A stretch of DNA of 64,000 bases, from the NCBI GenBank assembly GCA_036149055.1, contig JAYZQJ010000227.1, forward strand, positions 78,761-142,760, read 5' to 3'. Made by a program: the position numbers and the translations under genes. The notes beneath the pieces are model-generated. The model saw only the letters and a list, made by a program, of their open reading frames with translations. It was not told the DNA's origin and did no database searches. Below are positions 9,086 through 18,264 of the stretch, in pieces. Numbering within the stretch: position 1 is the first letter of the stretch; the number at the start of each line of letters is the position of its first letter. This stretch comes from Myxococcota bacterium (lineage in GTDB: Bacteria; Myxococcota_A; Polyangia; Polyangiales; Sandaracinaceae).

Positions 9086-9760
9086 TCAGGCGACCGATTG
9101 GCGCTCGCCGGGGACGACCTCGCCGCAGAGCTCGACCAGGGCGCCGGCGCGGACGCTGACGATCATGGCCGAGTCGGGGTCCATCTCCGCCGGGAAGAGC
9201 CCGGTGTCGACAACGACCGCGCGGGCCCCGTGCTCGAGGTACTGCGGGGCGTTGTCGGAGCCGACGCCGCCGAAGGCGATGAGCTTCGCCTCCGGGAAGG
9301 CGCTCGAGAGCCAACCGAAGTACTCGGGGCCGCCGAGCCCGTGGGCCGGGATGACGCAGATCGGGCCGTCGTGGATCCGCACCGCGGTGTGGACCTCGTT
9401 CGGCGTCGTGACGCTCGGGATGACGTCCAGCCCCCGCGCTCGACCGGTCTGGACCAGCTCGAGGTCGAAGATCGGCGAGAGCACGAACTCGGCCCCGGCG
9501 GCGAGCGCGACGTTGAGCTGGTCGGAGACGACCACGTCGCTGAGCCCCACCGTCGCGTCGGTCATGTCGGCCACCTCGGCCGCGATCTCGGCCACGAAGG
9601 GCACCGAGATCGGCAGGGCCAGGACCTCGATCCCGCCCTCGGCGGCCGCGAGCGCGCGCGCCAGCAGCCCCTCGCGCTCCGGCGCCTGCACGATCGTCGC
9701 GAGCTTGCAGCGCTCGAGCACGTCCACCGCGTCCCCCATGGCCCGCACAGCTATCCCCAT
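9086..9760 (-). CDS. KDPG/KHG aldolase (Eda)-fold protein with degenerate active site
   Basis: GGIEVL, AGAEFVLSP, PSVTTPNE, PAHGLGGPEY, FGGVGSDN match the Eda layout. The catalytic Lys position appears to be Cys. Start may be 9739. Confidence 0.7.
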   Translation of the reverse strand: MGIAVRAMGDAVDVLERCKLATIVQAPEREGLLARALAAAEGGIEVLALPISVPFVAEIAAEVADMTDATVGLSDVVVSDQLNVALAAGAEFVLSPIFDLELVQTGRARGLDVIPSVTTPNEVHTAVRIHDGPICVIPAHGLGGPEYFGWLSSAFPEAKLIAFGGVGSDNAPQYLEHGARAVVVDTGLFPAEMDPDSAMIVSVRAGALVELCGEVVPGERQSVA

Positions 9761-9962
9761 TCACGGCCCCGTGGTCAAGCCCGAACGCCCCCCGTGCCCC
9801 TGCCCGTGCCCGCGAGAGACCCTTTTCCGGAGGAGACCCACGAGCAGGGGACCTGGGCAGGGCCTCGGGGAATGACCTATGCTCCCAACCGGTTGCGTGC
9901 CTGAGGCCGCGCTACGGGCTGGGGGGCCGCGGGCGCGAGCGACCCATGTCGGGGGAATCGAG

Positions 9963-10595
9963 TTGTTGATCTACGCGTACCTGGTCTCGCTGATCGTCGG
10001 AGGGGTGCTCCTCGGAGCCTCGATCCTCCTGGGCGGCAAGGACCTCGACGCGGACGCCGACGCCGACGTCGATCTGGACGTCGACGCGGACGCGGACGCC
10101 GACCTGGACCTCGACGCGGACGCGGACGGGGAGTTCGACAAGGACGTCGGAGGCCACGGGGACTTCTCGGGCTTCCTGTTCATGTTCCTCTCGCTTCGCT
10201 TCTGGACCTTCTTCCTCGCCTTCTTCGGGCTCACCGGCCTGGTGCTCGACGGGCTCAGCCTCGTCAGCTCGGAGTGGCTCGGGCTCGGGCTGGCGCTCGG
10301 CATGGGCTTCGGCACCGGCGCGCTGGCGATGAGCGTGATCCGCATGCTGGGCTCGGACACGAGCGGCAGCGCGGTGCGGAGCACCGACTACATCGGCAAG
10401 ACGGCGCGGGTCGTCGTGCCGATCGAGAAGGGCAGCGTCGGCAAGGTGCGCGTGGACATCAAGGGCACCAGCGTCGACCTGCTCGCCAGCGGGCTCGAGG
10501 AAGACGGCTTCACGGGCAAGGAAGAGGTCCTCATCGTCGAGATGGACGGGCCTCGGGCGCGGGTCGCGCGCCTGGATCCCAACGGCAAGGCCTGA
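9963..10595 (+). CDS. NfeD-like (short) membrane protein with acidic D-x repeat
   Basis: N-terminal TM, DADADADVDLDVDAD tract, FFLAFFGLTG TMs, C-terminal OB-fold (IGKTARVVVPI..GKVRV). Upstream of flotillins. TTG start inferred. Confidence 0.8.
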   Translation: MLIYAYLVSLIVGGVLLGASILLGGKDLDADADADVDLDVDADADADLDLDADADGEFDKDVGGHGDFSGFLFMFLSLRFWTFFLAFFGLTGLVLDGLSLVSSEWLGLGLALGMGFGTGALAMSVIRMLGSDTSGSAVRSTDYIGKTARVVVPIEKGSVGKVRVDIKGTSVDLLASGLEEDGFTGKEEVLIVEMDGPRARVARLDPNGKA

Positions 10596-10685
10596 TCGGG
10601 GAGGGCCGCGAGAGCGGTTCGATCGGGCGGTTCGGCAATTCGGTTCATTGGGGGGCGTTCGGCGCCGCCGAGGAGAGAAGGAGAG

Positions 10686-12017
10686 ATGCAGTCACCCACC
10701 TTTGCGCAGATAGGAGGCGGCGAGCTCTGGGTCGTCGTGTTCGGCGCGCTCGCGTTCGCAGTCGGCCTGCTCGTGCTCATCGGGATCGCGAGAGCCCTGC
10801 TGCACATCGCGCGGCCCAACGAGGCGCTGATCTTCAGCGGTAAGCGCTACACCACCAGCGACGGCCAGACCCTCGGGTACAAGGTCGTCCGCTCGGGCCG
10901 CCGCGCCTTCAAGGTGCCCTTCATCGAGCGGGTCGACCGCATCGACATGACGTTGATCCCGGTCGACGTCGTCGTGCAGAACGCCTACTCGAGGGGCAAC
11001 ATACCTCTCATGATTCACGCCATCGCGAACGTGAAGGTGCACAGCGACGAGCGGCGCATCAACAACGCCATCGAGCGCTTCCTCGGCAAGCCCACCGCCG
11101 AGATCCAGCTCGTCGCGCAGCAGACCCTCGAGGGCGCGCTCCGCGAGGTGCTCGCGCAGCTCACGCCCGAGGAGGTCAACGAGGACCGGCTGAAGTTCGC
11201 CCAGAACCTCATCGAGGCGGCGGAGGACGACCTCGACAAGCTCGGCCTCCAGCTCGACACGCTGAAGATCCAGAGCGTGTCGGACGACACCGGCTACCTC
11301 GACTCGCTCGGGCGCCCGGCCATCGCGCAGGCGCTCCGCGACGCGGAGAACGCCGAGAACCAGGCGATGCAGGAGATCGCGCAGGCCCAGGCGGAGGCGA
11401 CGCAGCGCGCCGAGGTCGCCCGGGCCCACGCCGAGACCAACATCCAGAAGAAGCAGAACGAGCTGCGCCGGGTGAAGGCGGAGCTCGAGGGTGAGGCCGC
11501 CGCGGTGGAGCGCGAGGCCGACGTGGCCGCGAAGACCGCGCGGGCCGCGGCGGAGAAGGAGCTCCAGCAGGTGCGCGCCGAGCTCGCGAAGCTCCGGCTC
11601 GAGGCCGAGGTGGTCATCCCCTCGGACTTCGACCGCCGGGCCAAGGCCATCGCGGCGATCGGCCAGGCGGCGCCCACCAAGGAGAACGGTGAGGCGGCCG
11701 TCGAGGTCCTCCGCATGATGAGCGACGCGTGGCGCGAGATGGGCCCCCAGGCCCGCGAGCTCTACGTCATCCAGCACCTCGAGGAGATCGTCGGCACGGT
11801 CGTCGCCCAGCTGGGCAACGTCGACATCGACGAGGTGCACGTGCTCGACCAGGGCGACGGCGCAGGCCTGAGCTCGTACGCGGCGACCTACCCCAAGATG
11901 GTCGCGGAGGTGATGAAGGCGCTCAAGGAGACCACCGGCGTGGACGTGCCGGGCATCCTGAGCGGCCAGAGCAGCGGCGGGCACGGCGTGCCGAGCCTGC
12001 CCGAGAGGAGGGTCTGA
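10686..12017 (+). CDS. Flotillin/SPFH family protein
   Basis: TM, PNEALIFSG, AIERFLG, LEGALREVLAQLTPEEVNEDR, GYLDSLGR, Ala/Glu coiled coil. AGGAGA SD. Confidence 0.92.
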   Translation: MQSPTFAQIGGGELWVVVFGALAFAVGLLVLIGIARALLHIARPNEALIFSGKRYTTSDGQTLGYKVVRSGRRAFKVPFIERVDRIDMTLIPVDVVVQNAYSRGNIPLMIHAIANVKVHSDERRINNAIERFLGKPTAEIQLVAQQTLEGALREVLAQLTPEEVNEDRLKFAQNLIEAAEDDLDKLGLQLDTLKIQSVSDDTGYLDSLGRPAIAQALRDAENAENQAMQEIAQAQAEATQRAEVARAHAETNIQKKQNELRRVKAELEGEAAAVEREADVAAKTARAAAEKELQQVRAELAKLRLEAEVVIPSDFDRRAKAIAAIGQAAPTKENGEAAVEVLRMMSDAWREMGPQARELYVIQHLEEIVGTVVAQLGNVDIDEVHVLDQGDGAGLSSYAATYPKMVAEVMKALKETTGVDVPGILSGQSSGGHGVPSLPERRV

Positions 12018-13303
12018 TGGGCTTCGGAGCATTCATCGCGCTGGCGGGGATCGCCCTGATCGCGGTCGTGGCGATCACGCTGGTCATCAAGAACGTGCTC
12101 TACGTCTGTCAGCCGAACGAGGTGCTGGTGTTCAGCGGTCGAAAGAACACGACCACGGATGGACGCACGGTCGGCTACCGGATCATCAAGGGCGGTCGGA
12201 CGCTGAGGGTGCCCCTCATCGAGACGGTCGACCGGATGGACCTGACGAACATGATCATCGAGCTGACGGTGCGGAACGCCTACTCCAAGGGCGGCATCCC
12301 GCTGACCGTGCAGGGCGTGGCCAACATCAAGGTGCCCGGTGAGGAGCCTCTCATCCACGCCAGCCTCGAGCGCTTCCTCGGCAAGAGCCGCGGGGAGATC
12401 ATGAAGGTCGCGCGCGAGACCCTGGAGGGGAATCTCCGCGGCGTGCTCGCGATCCTCACGCCCGAGCAGGTCAACCAGGACAAGGAAGCGTTCGCCATGA
12501 AGCTCACCGAGGAGGCGGAGCACGACCTGACGAACATCGGCCTCATCCTGGACACGCTGAAGATCCAGAACGTGACCGACGACGTCGGCTACCTCGACTC
12601 CATCGGCCGCATGCGGTCGGCGGAGATCCGCAAGAAGGCGCAGGTCGCGGAGGCGACGGCCAAGGCGGAGGCGAGCGTCCAGAAGTGGGCGAACACCGAG
12701 GGCGCCGAGCTCGCGAAGGTCAACGCGCAGATCCACGTCGCGATCAAGGACAACGAGCGCCGCATCGCCGACGCGCAGACCAAGCGTGAGGCGATGATCG
12801 CCGAGGAGCGCGCGGACGTGCAGGCCACCATCAGCCAGGCGAAGGCGGAGATCAGCATGCAGGAGGCGCGCATCGAGCAGGTGCGGCAGCGGCTGCAGGC
12901 GGACGTGCTCGAGCCGGCCGAGGCGGGACGCAAGCAGATGGAGCAGCGCGCCAAGGCGGACGCGGCCCAGATCATCGAGCAGGGCCGCGCCACCGCGGAG
13001 GTGCTCTCGAGCCTGGCCAAGACCTACCGCGGCAGCGGCACCGACGGGCGGGACGTGCTCCTCATGCAGAAGCTCGTCCCCATGCTCCGGACGGTGAGCG
13101 GCACCATCGGGGAGCTCCGGGTGGACAAGCTGACGGTGATCGGGTCCGGCGCGAAGAACGGCGCCGGCGACTCCGACCTCGCCACGACGCTGGTCCGCAC
13201 CAACGAGCAGATCAAGGCGGCGACCGGCGTCGACATCCCGAAGATGTTGACCCGGCTGCAGGGGGAGCCCCGGGAGAGCGGTCCGCCTCCGATCCCGGAG
13301 TGA
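12017..13303 (+). CDS. Second flotillin/SPFH family protein
   Basis: TGATG overlap with the previous gene. MGFGAFIALAG TM, PNEVLVFSG, LEGNLRGVLAILTPEQVNQDK. Confidence 0.92.
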   Translation: MGFGAFIALAGIALIAVVAITLVIKNVLYVCQPNEVLVFSGRKNTTTDGRTVGYRIIKGGRTLRVPLIETVDRMDLTNMIIELTVRNAYSKGGIPLTVQGVANIKVPGEEPLIHASLERFLGKSRGEIMKVARETLEGNLRGVLAILTPEQVNQDKEAFAMKLTEEAEHDLTNIGLILDTLKIQNVTDDVGYLDSIGRMRSAEIRKKAQVAEATAKAEASVQKWANTEGAELAKVNAQIHVAIKDNERRIADAQTKREAMIAEERADVQATISQAKAEISMQEARIEQVRQRLQADVLEPAEAGRKQMEQRAKADAAQIIEQGRATAEVLSSLAKTYRGSGTDGRDVLLMQKLVPMLRTVSGTIGELRVDKLTVIGSGAKNGAGDSDLATTLVRTNEQIKAATGVDIPKMLTRLQGEPRESGPPPIPE

Positions 13304-13341
13304 CCCCGGTCGGGGAGTGACCTTCCTCAGTGCCTCGTTCT

Positions 13342-13377
13342 GAGACGGGCGGACCTCTTCGGAGGTTCGCCCGTTTC
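13342..13377 (+). terminator. Intrinsic terminator-like hairpin after the flotillin operon
   Basis: gagacgggcggacctc-TTCG-gaggttcgcccgtttc, long stem with cUUCGg loop. Confidence 0.65.
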
Positions 13378-13497
13378 GCGTTGGGACACCGGACGCGAGG
13401 GGGCGGCCGGCAGCGGATCGCGGATGGTCCCGACAGCTGTTGGCGCGACCCGACAATCGAACCCAAGTCGGGGGTCCGAACCGGTCAGAGGGCGCCA

Positions 13498-13512
13498 TGG
13501 CACGCCGGTTGC
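13498..13512 (+). promoter_or_regulatory. Sigma54 promoter upstream of the AraC regulator
   Basis: TGGCACGCCGGTTGC is an exact TGGCACG-N4-TTGC consensus match, about 80 nt before ATG 13593. Confidence 0.7.
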
Positions 13513-13592
13513 GAACCGGTTCATTCGTGACCTGCCCGGTGCGGGGTGGGAACTGAAATCCCAACGGGGGGACGACCCCAAGTGAGCCCAAC

Positions 13593-14618
13593 ATGACGTC
13601 CGACGCAGCATCCATTGCATGGTACCTCCGCCGCGCGACGCCCACGAGCGCCATCGAGTGGCCCGAGGGCGCGGCCGGAGACTCTCCGCCCGACTACCCG
13701 ACTCGGCTGCCCACGTCCGACGTGACGCGGCTGCTCGAGCAGGCGACGCAGCACGGCCCCGCGGCCGCCGCCCGCGCCGGCGTCGAGGCGGGACGAAGGC
13801 CGGTGACCGCGCTCCCGCTCCTCGTGCGAGCCAGCGCCAAGGCCAGCGAGGCGGCCGATCACGCGAGCCAGTTCTGGAGCGCGTTCAGCGGCAGCACCCG
13901 GCTCGAGAGCCGGAGCGAAGGCGGCCGCTGGGAGCTGGTGCTGGTCGAGAACTGGCGCGAGCGCACCCGCGGGCAGGACCTGCTGCTCCAGTACCTGGTC
14001 GGCAGCCTGGTCGGCGCGCTCGCCGAGCACACCGCCGGCGCGGTGCAGCCGCGCGAGATCCGGCTCCCGGGCGTGCCTCACGCGGGCGACGACGAGGTGG
14101 CGCGGGCGCTCGGCGCGCCCATCCAGCGAGGCTCGGACCTCGCGCGGGTGGTCTACGATCGGAGCGCCGGCGACGTGCCGCTGCGCACCGCCGACGCGCT
14201 CGTCTCGACCTTCCTCGCCGCGGAGCTCCAGCGCGCCATCCAGCGCCTCCGCCTCGCGGTGACCTGGCAGATCGACGAGCTCATCCGCGAGAACCTCTCG
14301 GAGGGCCTCGGGATGCGGGACGCGGCCAAGCACCTCGGCCTGAGCGAGCGGACCCTGCGCCGCCGGCTCGACGAGGAGGGCACGTCCTTCCGCGAGCGCC
14401 TCGACCACGTCCGCCGCGGGCGCGCCCTCGAGCTGCTCGCCGACCACGACGTGCAGACGGTCGCCCGGCAGCTCGGCTTCGTCGACGCCCGCTCGTTCCA
14501 GCGCGCCTTCCGCCGCTGGACGCGCATGACGCCGCTCGAGCACAAGCGCCGCCTCCGCGCGGCCGCGCGCCAGGCCCCGATGGTCTCGCGCACGCACGCC
14601 GCCGAGGCGGCTCAGTAG
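13593..14618 (+). CDS. AraC-family transcriptional regulator
   Basis: AAKHLGLSERTLRRRLDEEGTSFRERLD...VARQLGFVDARSFQRAFRRWT double HTH. Confidence 0.92.
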   Translation: MTSDAASIAWYLRRATPTSAIEWPEGAAGDSPPDYPTRLPTSDVTRLLEQATQHGPAAAARAGVEAGRRPVTALPLLVRASAKASEAADHASQFWSAFSGSTRLESRSEGGRWELVLVENWRERTRGQDLLLQYLVGSLVGALAEHTAGAVQPREIRLPGVPHAGDDEVARALGAPIQRGSDLARVVYDRSAGDVPLRTADALVSTFLAAELQRAIQRLRLAVTWQIDELIRENLSEGLGMRDAAKHLGLSERTLRRRLDEEGTSFRERLDHVRRGRALELLADHDVQTVARQLGFVDARSFQRAFRRWTRMTPLEHKRRLRAAARQAPMVSRTHAAEAAQ

Positions 14619-15313
14619 CGCGCCTCGAGGATCCGGACGTTCTCCTGCAGCCGCGCGTCGAACGCGGTGAGGAACGCCCGGGCCTCGGGGGTCTCCAGCG
14701 CGGCGCCCAGCTCCGCGGTGCCGCGCTGCATGGCCGCCTCGTCGGCCTCGCTGAGGCCGGCGGTCGGGTCCGCGTCTTCGCCCTTGCCGCGAAGGCGCCG
14801 GACCGCGTGCCACGCCGCCTTGGGCAGCCCCGACACCCCGCGCAGGGCCTTCCTCAGGAGCGCCTGCAGCAGCTTCATGTCGGTCCCGGCCACGGCGTTG
14901 TCGAACGCGGCCCGGAGCAGCTCCGCCTCCCGCCGGCGCGCCTCCGGAGCGGCGTCGTCCGCGAGCCTCCCCTCGGCCAGCCAGCCGTCGAGCGCCCGAC
15001 CGAGCAGCACCGCGTCGCTCAGGTCCCGGGTGAGATAGCGGAGCGCGAAGATCCAGCTCAGCACCTTCTTGATCGGGAAGAGCAGCAGCTTCAGCCCCGA
15101 GAGGAGGCACCCGTAGACGCAGCCGTGCGGGTCCGCGTAGAGCGGCGCCACCTGCTTGGAGGGGAAGCCCCGCCCGTGGGCCTGGAGCGCCTTGGTGATC
15201 ATCAGCTGGCGCGCCCGATCACCGAGGAAGTCGTCGAGGAACGGGACCGGGGTGAGCCGCGCCGCGGAGGCGAGCAGACCGCAGGTCAGGCGGAGGCTGA
15301 GGGCGGCGTCCAT
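14612..15313 (-). CDS. Hypothetical protein
   Basis: Plausible composition, TPVPFLDD motif, fills the gap, TAGGCT -10-like box upstream. Confidence 0.7.
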   Translation of the reverse strand: MDAALSLRLTCGLLASAARLTPVPFLDDFLGDRARQLMITKALQAHGRGFPSKQVAPLYADPHGCVYGCLLSGLKLLLFPIKKVLSWIFALRYLTRDLSDAVLLGRALDGWLAEGRLADDAAPEARRREAELLRAAFDNAVAGTDMKLLQALLRKALRGVSGLPKAAWHAVRRLRGKGEDADPTAGLSEADEAAMQRGTAELGAALETPEARAFLTAFDARLQENVRILEARY

Positions 15314-15362
15314 GAAGAGGTCAGCCTACCCAAACCGGAGCGCGGCCGGTTGATTCCCGCGA

Positions 15363-15899
15363 TCAGGCGCTGAGCCGCCCGACGTCGCTGCGGCAGTCGC
15401 GGCAGACGGCGTAGACGACCACCGCCTCGCGGGGCAGATCGCCTCGGGACGCGGCGTCGCTGGCCTCGTGCCAGGCGCCGTCGAGCTTGACCCGATTGCA
15501 CATGCTGCAGCGCACGTGCGCGTTCGGTCCGCGCGCGAAGCGGAAGCGCACCCCCGGCCGCATGCGCTCCTCCTCCAGGATGCGGTGCTCGAGGCGCACC
15601 CGGTCGCCCTCGGGGCTCAGCCGCATCTCCATGTGGCGCCGGTGGGTCGGGGAGTCGCAGCGGTAGCGGCGCACGAGGGTCTTGTGGTGGGTGCGCACCG
15701 CGGCGAGCAGGGTGGAGAGCAGCATGCGCGTCGTGTCGCCCTCGATGAACGACCAGAGCGGCTTGCCCAGCACCCGCTCGCGCAGGACCGCGTCGCCGTC
15801 GTTGTCGCGCGCGAAGCCATCCCAGGCGCCGCCCACGTCCACCACCACGTCGTCCGCGTCCACCCAGTAGACGACCGCTTCCCTGACCCGCTCCGTCAC
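15363..15899 (-). CDS. Stand-alone PAS-like protein with C-terminal CxxC...CxxC
   Basis: VVYWVDADDVVVDVGGAWDGFARDN..VLGKPLWSFI..YRCDSP..MEM, then CSMC and CRDC. GTG start inferred. Confidence 0.7.
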   Translation of the reverse strand: MTERVREAVVYWVDADDVVVDVGGAWDGFARDNDGDAVLRERVLGKPLWSFIEGDTTRMLLSTLLAAVRTHHKTLVRRYRCDSPTHRRHMEMRLSPEGDRVRLEHRILEEERMRPGVRFRFARGPNAHVRCSMCNRVKLDGAWHEASDAASRGDLPREAVVVYAVCRDCRSDVGRLSA

Positions 15900-15919
15900 C
15901 GCGATCAGGTTCTTAGGTC

Positions 15920-16753
15920 CTAATTGCCGGAGAGCCACTTCGAGATGCGCGGGCTGCGCGTCACGTGGCCGATGACCCCGAAGAAGCCCTGACCGAGCAG
16001 GCGCTTGGCGCGCCACATCACCTTGCCGTCGGCCTGGGGCACGACGTAGAGGTCGCCCCGCTCGAGCCCCCGGAGCGCCACGTCCGCGACCGCCTCGGCC
16101 GTCCACTTGGAGCTGGTGATCAGCTTCGCGGTCTGGGCCCGGAGCGCCTCGTTCGCCCGCGCGTTCTCGTGGATGCGGGTGCGGAAGAAGGTCGGGCACA
16201 GCGCCGTCACGTGCACGCCGGTCCCGGCCAGCTCCCCGTAGAGGGTCTCGCTCAGCGCGACCACGCCGGCCTTGGTGACGTTGTAGGGCCCCATCATCGG
16301 CGCCGAGAGCAGGCCGGCCGCCGACGCGACGTTGAGCACCCAGCCCTGCCCCTGCTTCTTCATGCGCGGCACGAAGGCGTGGCAGCCGTGCACGACGCCC
16401 CAGAGGTTGATGTCGATCTGCCAGCGCCAGTCCTCGAGGCTCACGTCCCCGACCGCGCCGGCCACCGCGACGCCCGCGTTGTTCACCAGGATGTCGACGC
16501 CGCCGAACGCCTCGTCGACGCGCGCCGCCTGGGCCTCGACCTGCTCCGGGTCACGCACGTCGCAGCGCAGGCTCAGGGCCTCGCCGCCCGCCCGCGTGCA
16601 CAGCTCGACGGTCTCCGCGAGGCCCTCCTCGTCGACGTCCGAGAGCACGAGGCGCCCACCGCGCTCGGCGAGGCGGAGGCTGATGGCGCGGCCGAAGCCG
16701 CTCGCGGCCCCGGTGACCGCGGCGCGAGGACGGGAGGGGAAGGTGCGGGCCAT
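15920..16753 (-). CDS. Short-chain dehydrogenase/reductase (SDR)
   Basis: VTGAASGFG, LVNNAG, NVASAAG, YNVTK. Confidence 0.93.
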   Translation of the reverse strand: MARTFPSRPRAAVTGAASGFGRAISLRLAERGGRLVLSDVDEEGLAETVELCTRAGGEALSLRCDVRDPEQVEAQAARVDEAFGGVDILVNNAGVAVAGAVGDVSLEDWRWQIDINLWGVVHGCHAFVPRMKKQGQGWVLNVASAAGLLSAPMMGPYNVTKAGVVALSETLYGELAGTGVHVTALCPTFFRTRIHENARANEALRAQTAKLITSSKWTAEAVADVALRGLERGDLYVVPQADGKVMWRAKRLLGQGFFGVIGHVTRSPRISKWLSGN

Positions 16754-16856
16754 GCCTCCGCTGTAGCACATCGCGTCGGCATCGTTCGGGGACGACTCAA
16801 GGATCGCAGCCACCCCGCCGTTGATCGCGCCGTACCCAAAAGGGAGGAACGAGAAG

Positions 16857-17213
16857 ATGAAGGTCCTCGTCGTCGACGACAGCAAGGCCATGCGCATGAT
16901 CGTCCGCCGCGCCCTGCGGCAGACCGGGCTCGATCTGGACGTCTCGGAAGCGGAGAACGGGAAGGCGGCCTTCGACCAGCTCGTCGAGACTCGCTTCGAC
17001 TTCGTGCTGAGCGACTGGAACATGCCCGAGATGAACGGCTACGAGCTGCTCCAGCGCATCAAGGCCGAGAACATCCCCGTCAAGCTCGGTTTCGTGACCT
17101 CGGAGAGCACCGACGAGATGAAGTCGCAGGCCCGCGAGGCTGGCGCCGAGTTCCTCATCTCGAAGCCGTTCACGCCCGAGGTCCTGAGCGAGCGGCTCGG
17201 CCGCTACGCCTGA
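16857..17213 (+). CDS. cheY: CheY-like single-domain response regulator
   Basis: [37 protein letters not shown]. First gene of the che cluster. Confidence 0.88.
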   Translation: MKVLVVDDSKAMRMIVRRALRQTGLDLDVSEAENGKAAFDQLVETRFDFVLSDWNMPEMNGYELLQRIKAENIPVKLGFVTSESTDEMKSQAREAGAEFLISKPFTPEVLSERLGRYA

Positions 17214-17220
17214 CGCCGCC

Positions 17221-18255
17221 ATGCCCCGCCCCGACGACGCGGCCCGCCAGGTCTCCGCGCACTCGCACGAGCAGGCGCGCGTGCTCGAGGAGGCGTCCCG
17301 CGCCGTCGCGGGCATCGCCGAGATGAGCGCCGGCATCGAGCGCCTGAGCCGCACCGCGGCCGAGCTCGCGCAGGAGGCCAACGGTCAGGCGGGCGCGGGG
17401 CGAACCGATCTCGACCGGCTCGGCGAGGTCGTACGGGACCTCGACGGTCTGCACGCCGAGCTCGGCGAGCTGGCCCGGAGCGTGCGCGCCATCCAGGACC
17501 GGTCGCGGGCCATCCAGCGCTTCGCCGCGCAGGCCCGGATGCTCGCGCTGAACGCCCAGATCGAGGCGGCGCGGGCCGGAGAGCACGGCCGGGGCTTCTC
17601 GGTGGTCGCGGTCGAGATGCGGGAGCTCGCCACCCACTCGCAGGACGCGGCCCAGGAGATCTCCGACGCGGTCGACGACGGCGCCGGCCGCATCGACTCG
17701 CTGCGCGAGCGCGCCGGCGAGCGCACGAAGGCGGCCCGGGACGCGGTCGAGAGCGCCCGCGGCTCCTTCGAGGTGATCGCCGACGAGGTGCATCGGATCG
17801 CGGACGCGAACGAGACCATCGCGCGGACGACCGTCGAGCAGGCGACCCTCACCCGGGAGACCAGCCACACCCTGCGCGCCCGCGCGGAGGAGGCGGGCGG
17901 CCGGGCGGCCGAGGTGGACTCGCTGCTCACCGGAGACGTCGTGCCGGAGCTCGGCCCCGAGGAGGCCTACGCGCGGATCGCGGGCTTCGAGCTCGTCGAC
18001 GTGCGGGACCCCGAGGAGATCGACCGCGACGGTTCGATCGCCGGGAGCCGCTGCCTGCCGATCGGCGAGGCGCTCGAGCGCGCCCTGCCCGGGCTCGACC
18101 CCGACGCCCGCTACCTGTTCGTGTGCCGCAGCGGAGGGCGCAGCCTGAGGGCCGCCCGGCTCGCCCGCGCGAGAGGGCTCGACGCCACGAACCTGGCCGG
18201 CGGGATGCTCCGCTGGACCGAGGCCCGCCTGCCGACGCGCCGGCGCGCCGCCTGA
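17221..18255 (+). CDS. Soluble MCP signalling domain fused to a C-terminal rhodanese domain
   Basis: [34 protein letters not shown] hairpin. C-terminus [33 protein letters not shown]. No TM. Confidence 0.88.
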   Translation: MPRPDDAARQVSAHSHEQARVLEEASRAVAGIAEMSAGIERLSRTAAELAQEANGQAGAGRTDLDRLGEVVRDLDGLHAELGELARSVRAIQDRSRAIQRFAAQARMLALNAQIEAARAGEHGRGFSVVAVEMRELATHSQDAAQEISDAVDDGAGRIDSLRERAGERTKAARDAVESARGSFEVIADEVHRIADANETIARTTVEQATLTRETSHTLRARAEEAGGRAAEVDSLLTGDVVPELGPEEAYARIAGFELVDVRDPEEIDRDGSIAGSRCLPIGEALERALPGLDPDARYLFVCRSGGRSLRAARLARARGLDATNLAGGMLRWTEARLPTRRRAA

Positions 18256-18264
18256 GGAGAGACG

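Noticed and set aside
13378..13592. ncRNA or riboswitch upstream of the AraC gene
   Set aside because: No recognisable RNA family motif; explained by a terminator plus sigma54 promoter region.
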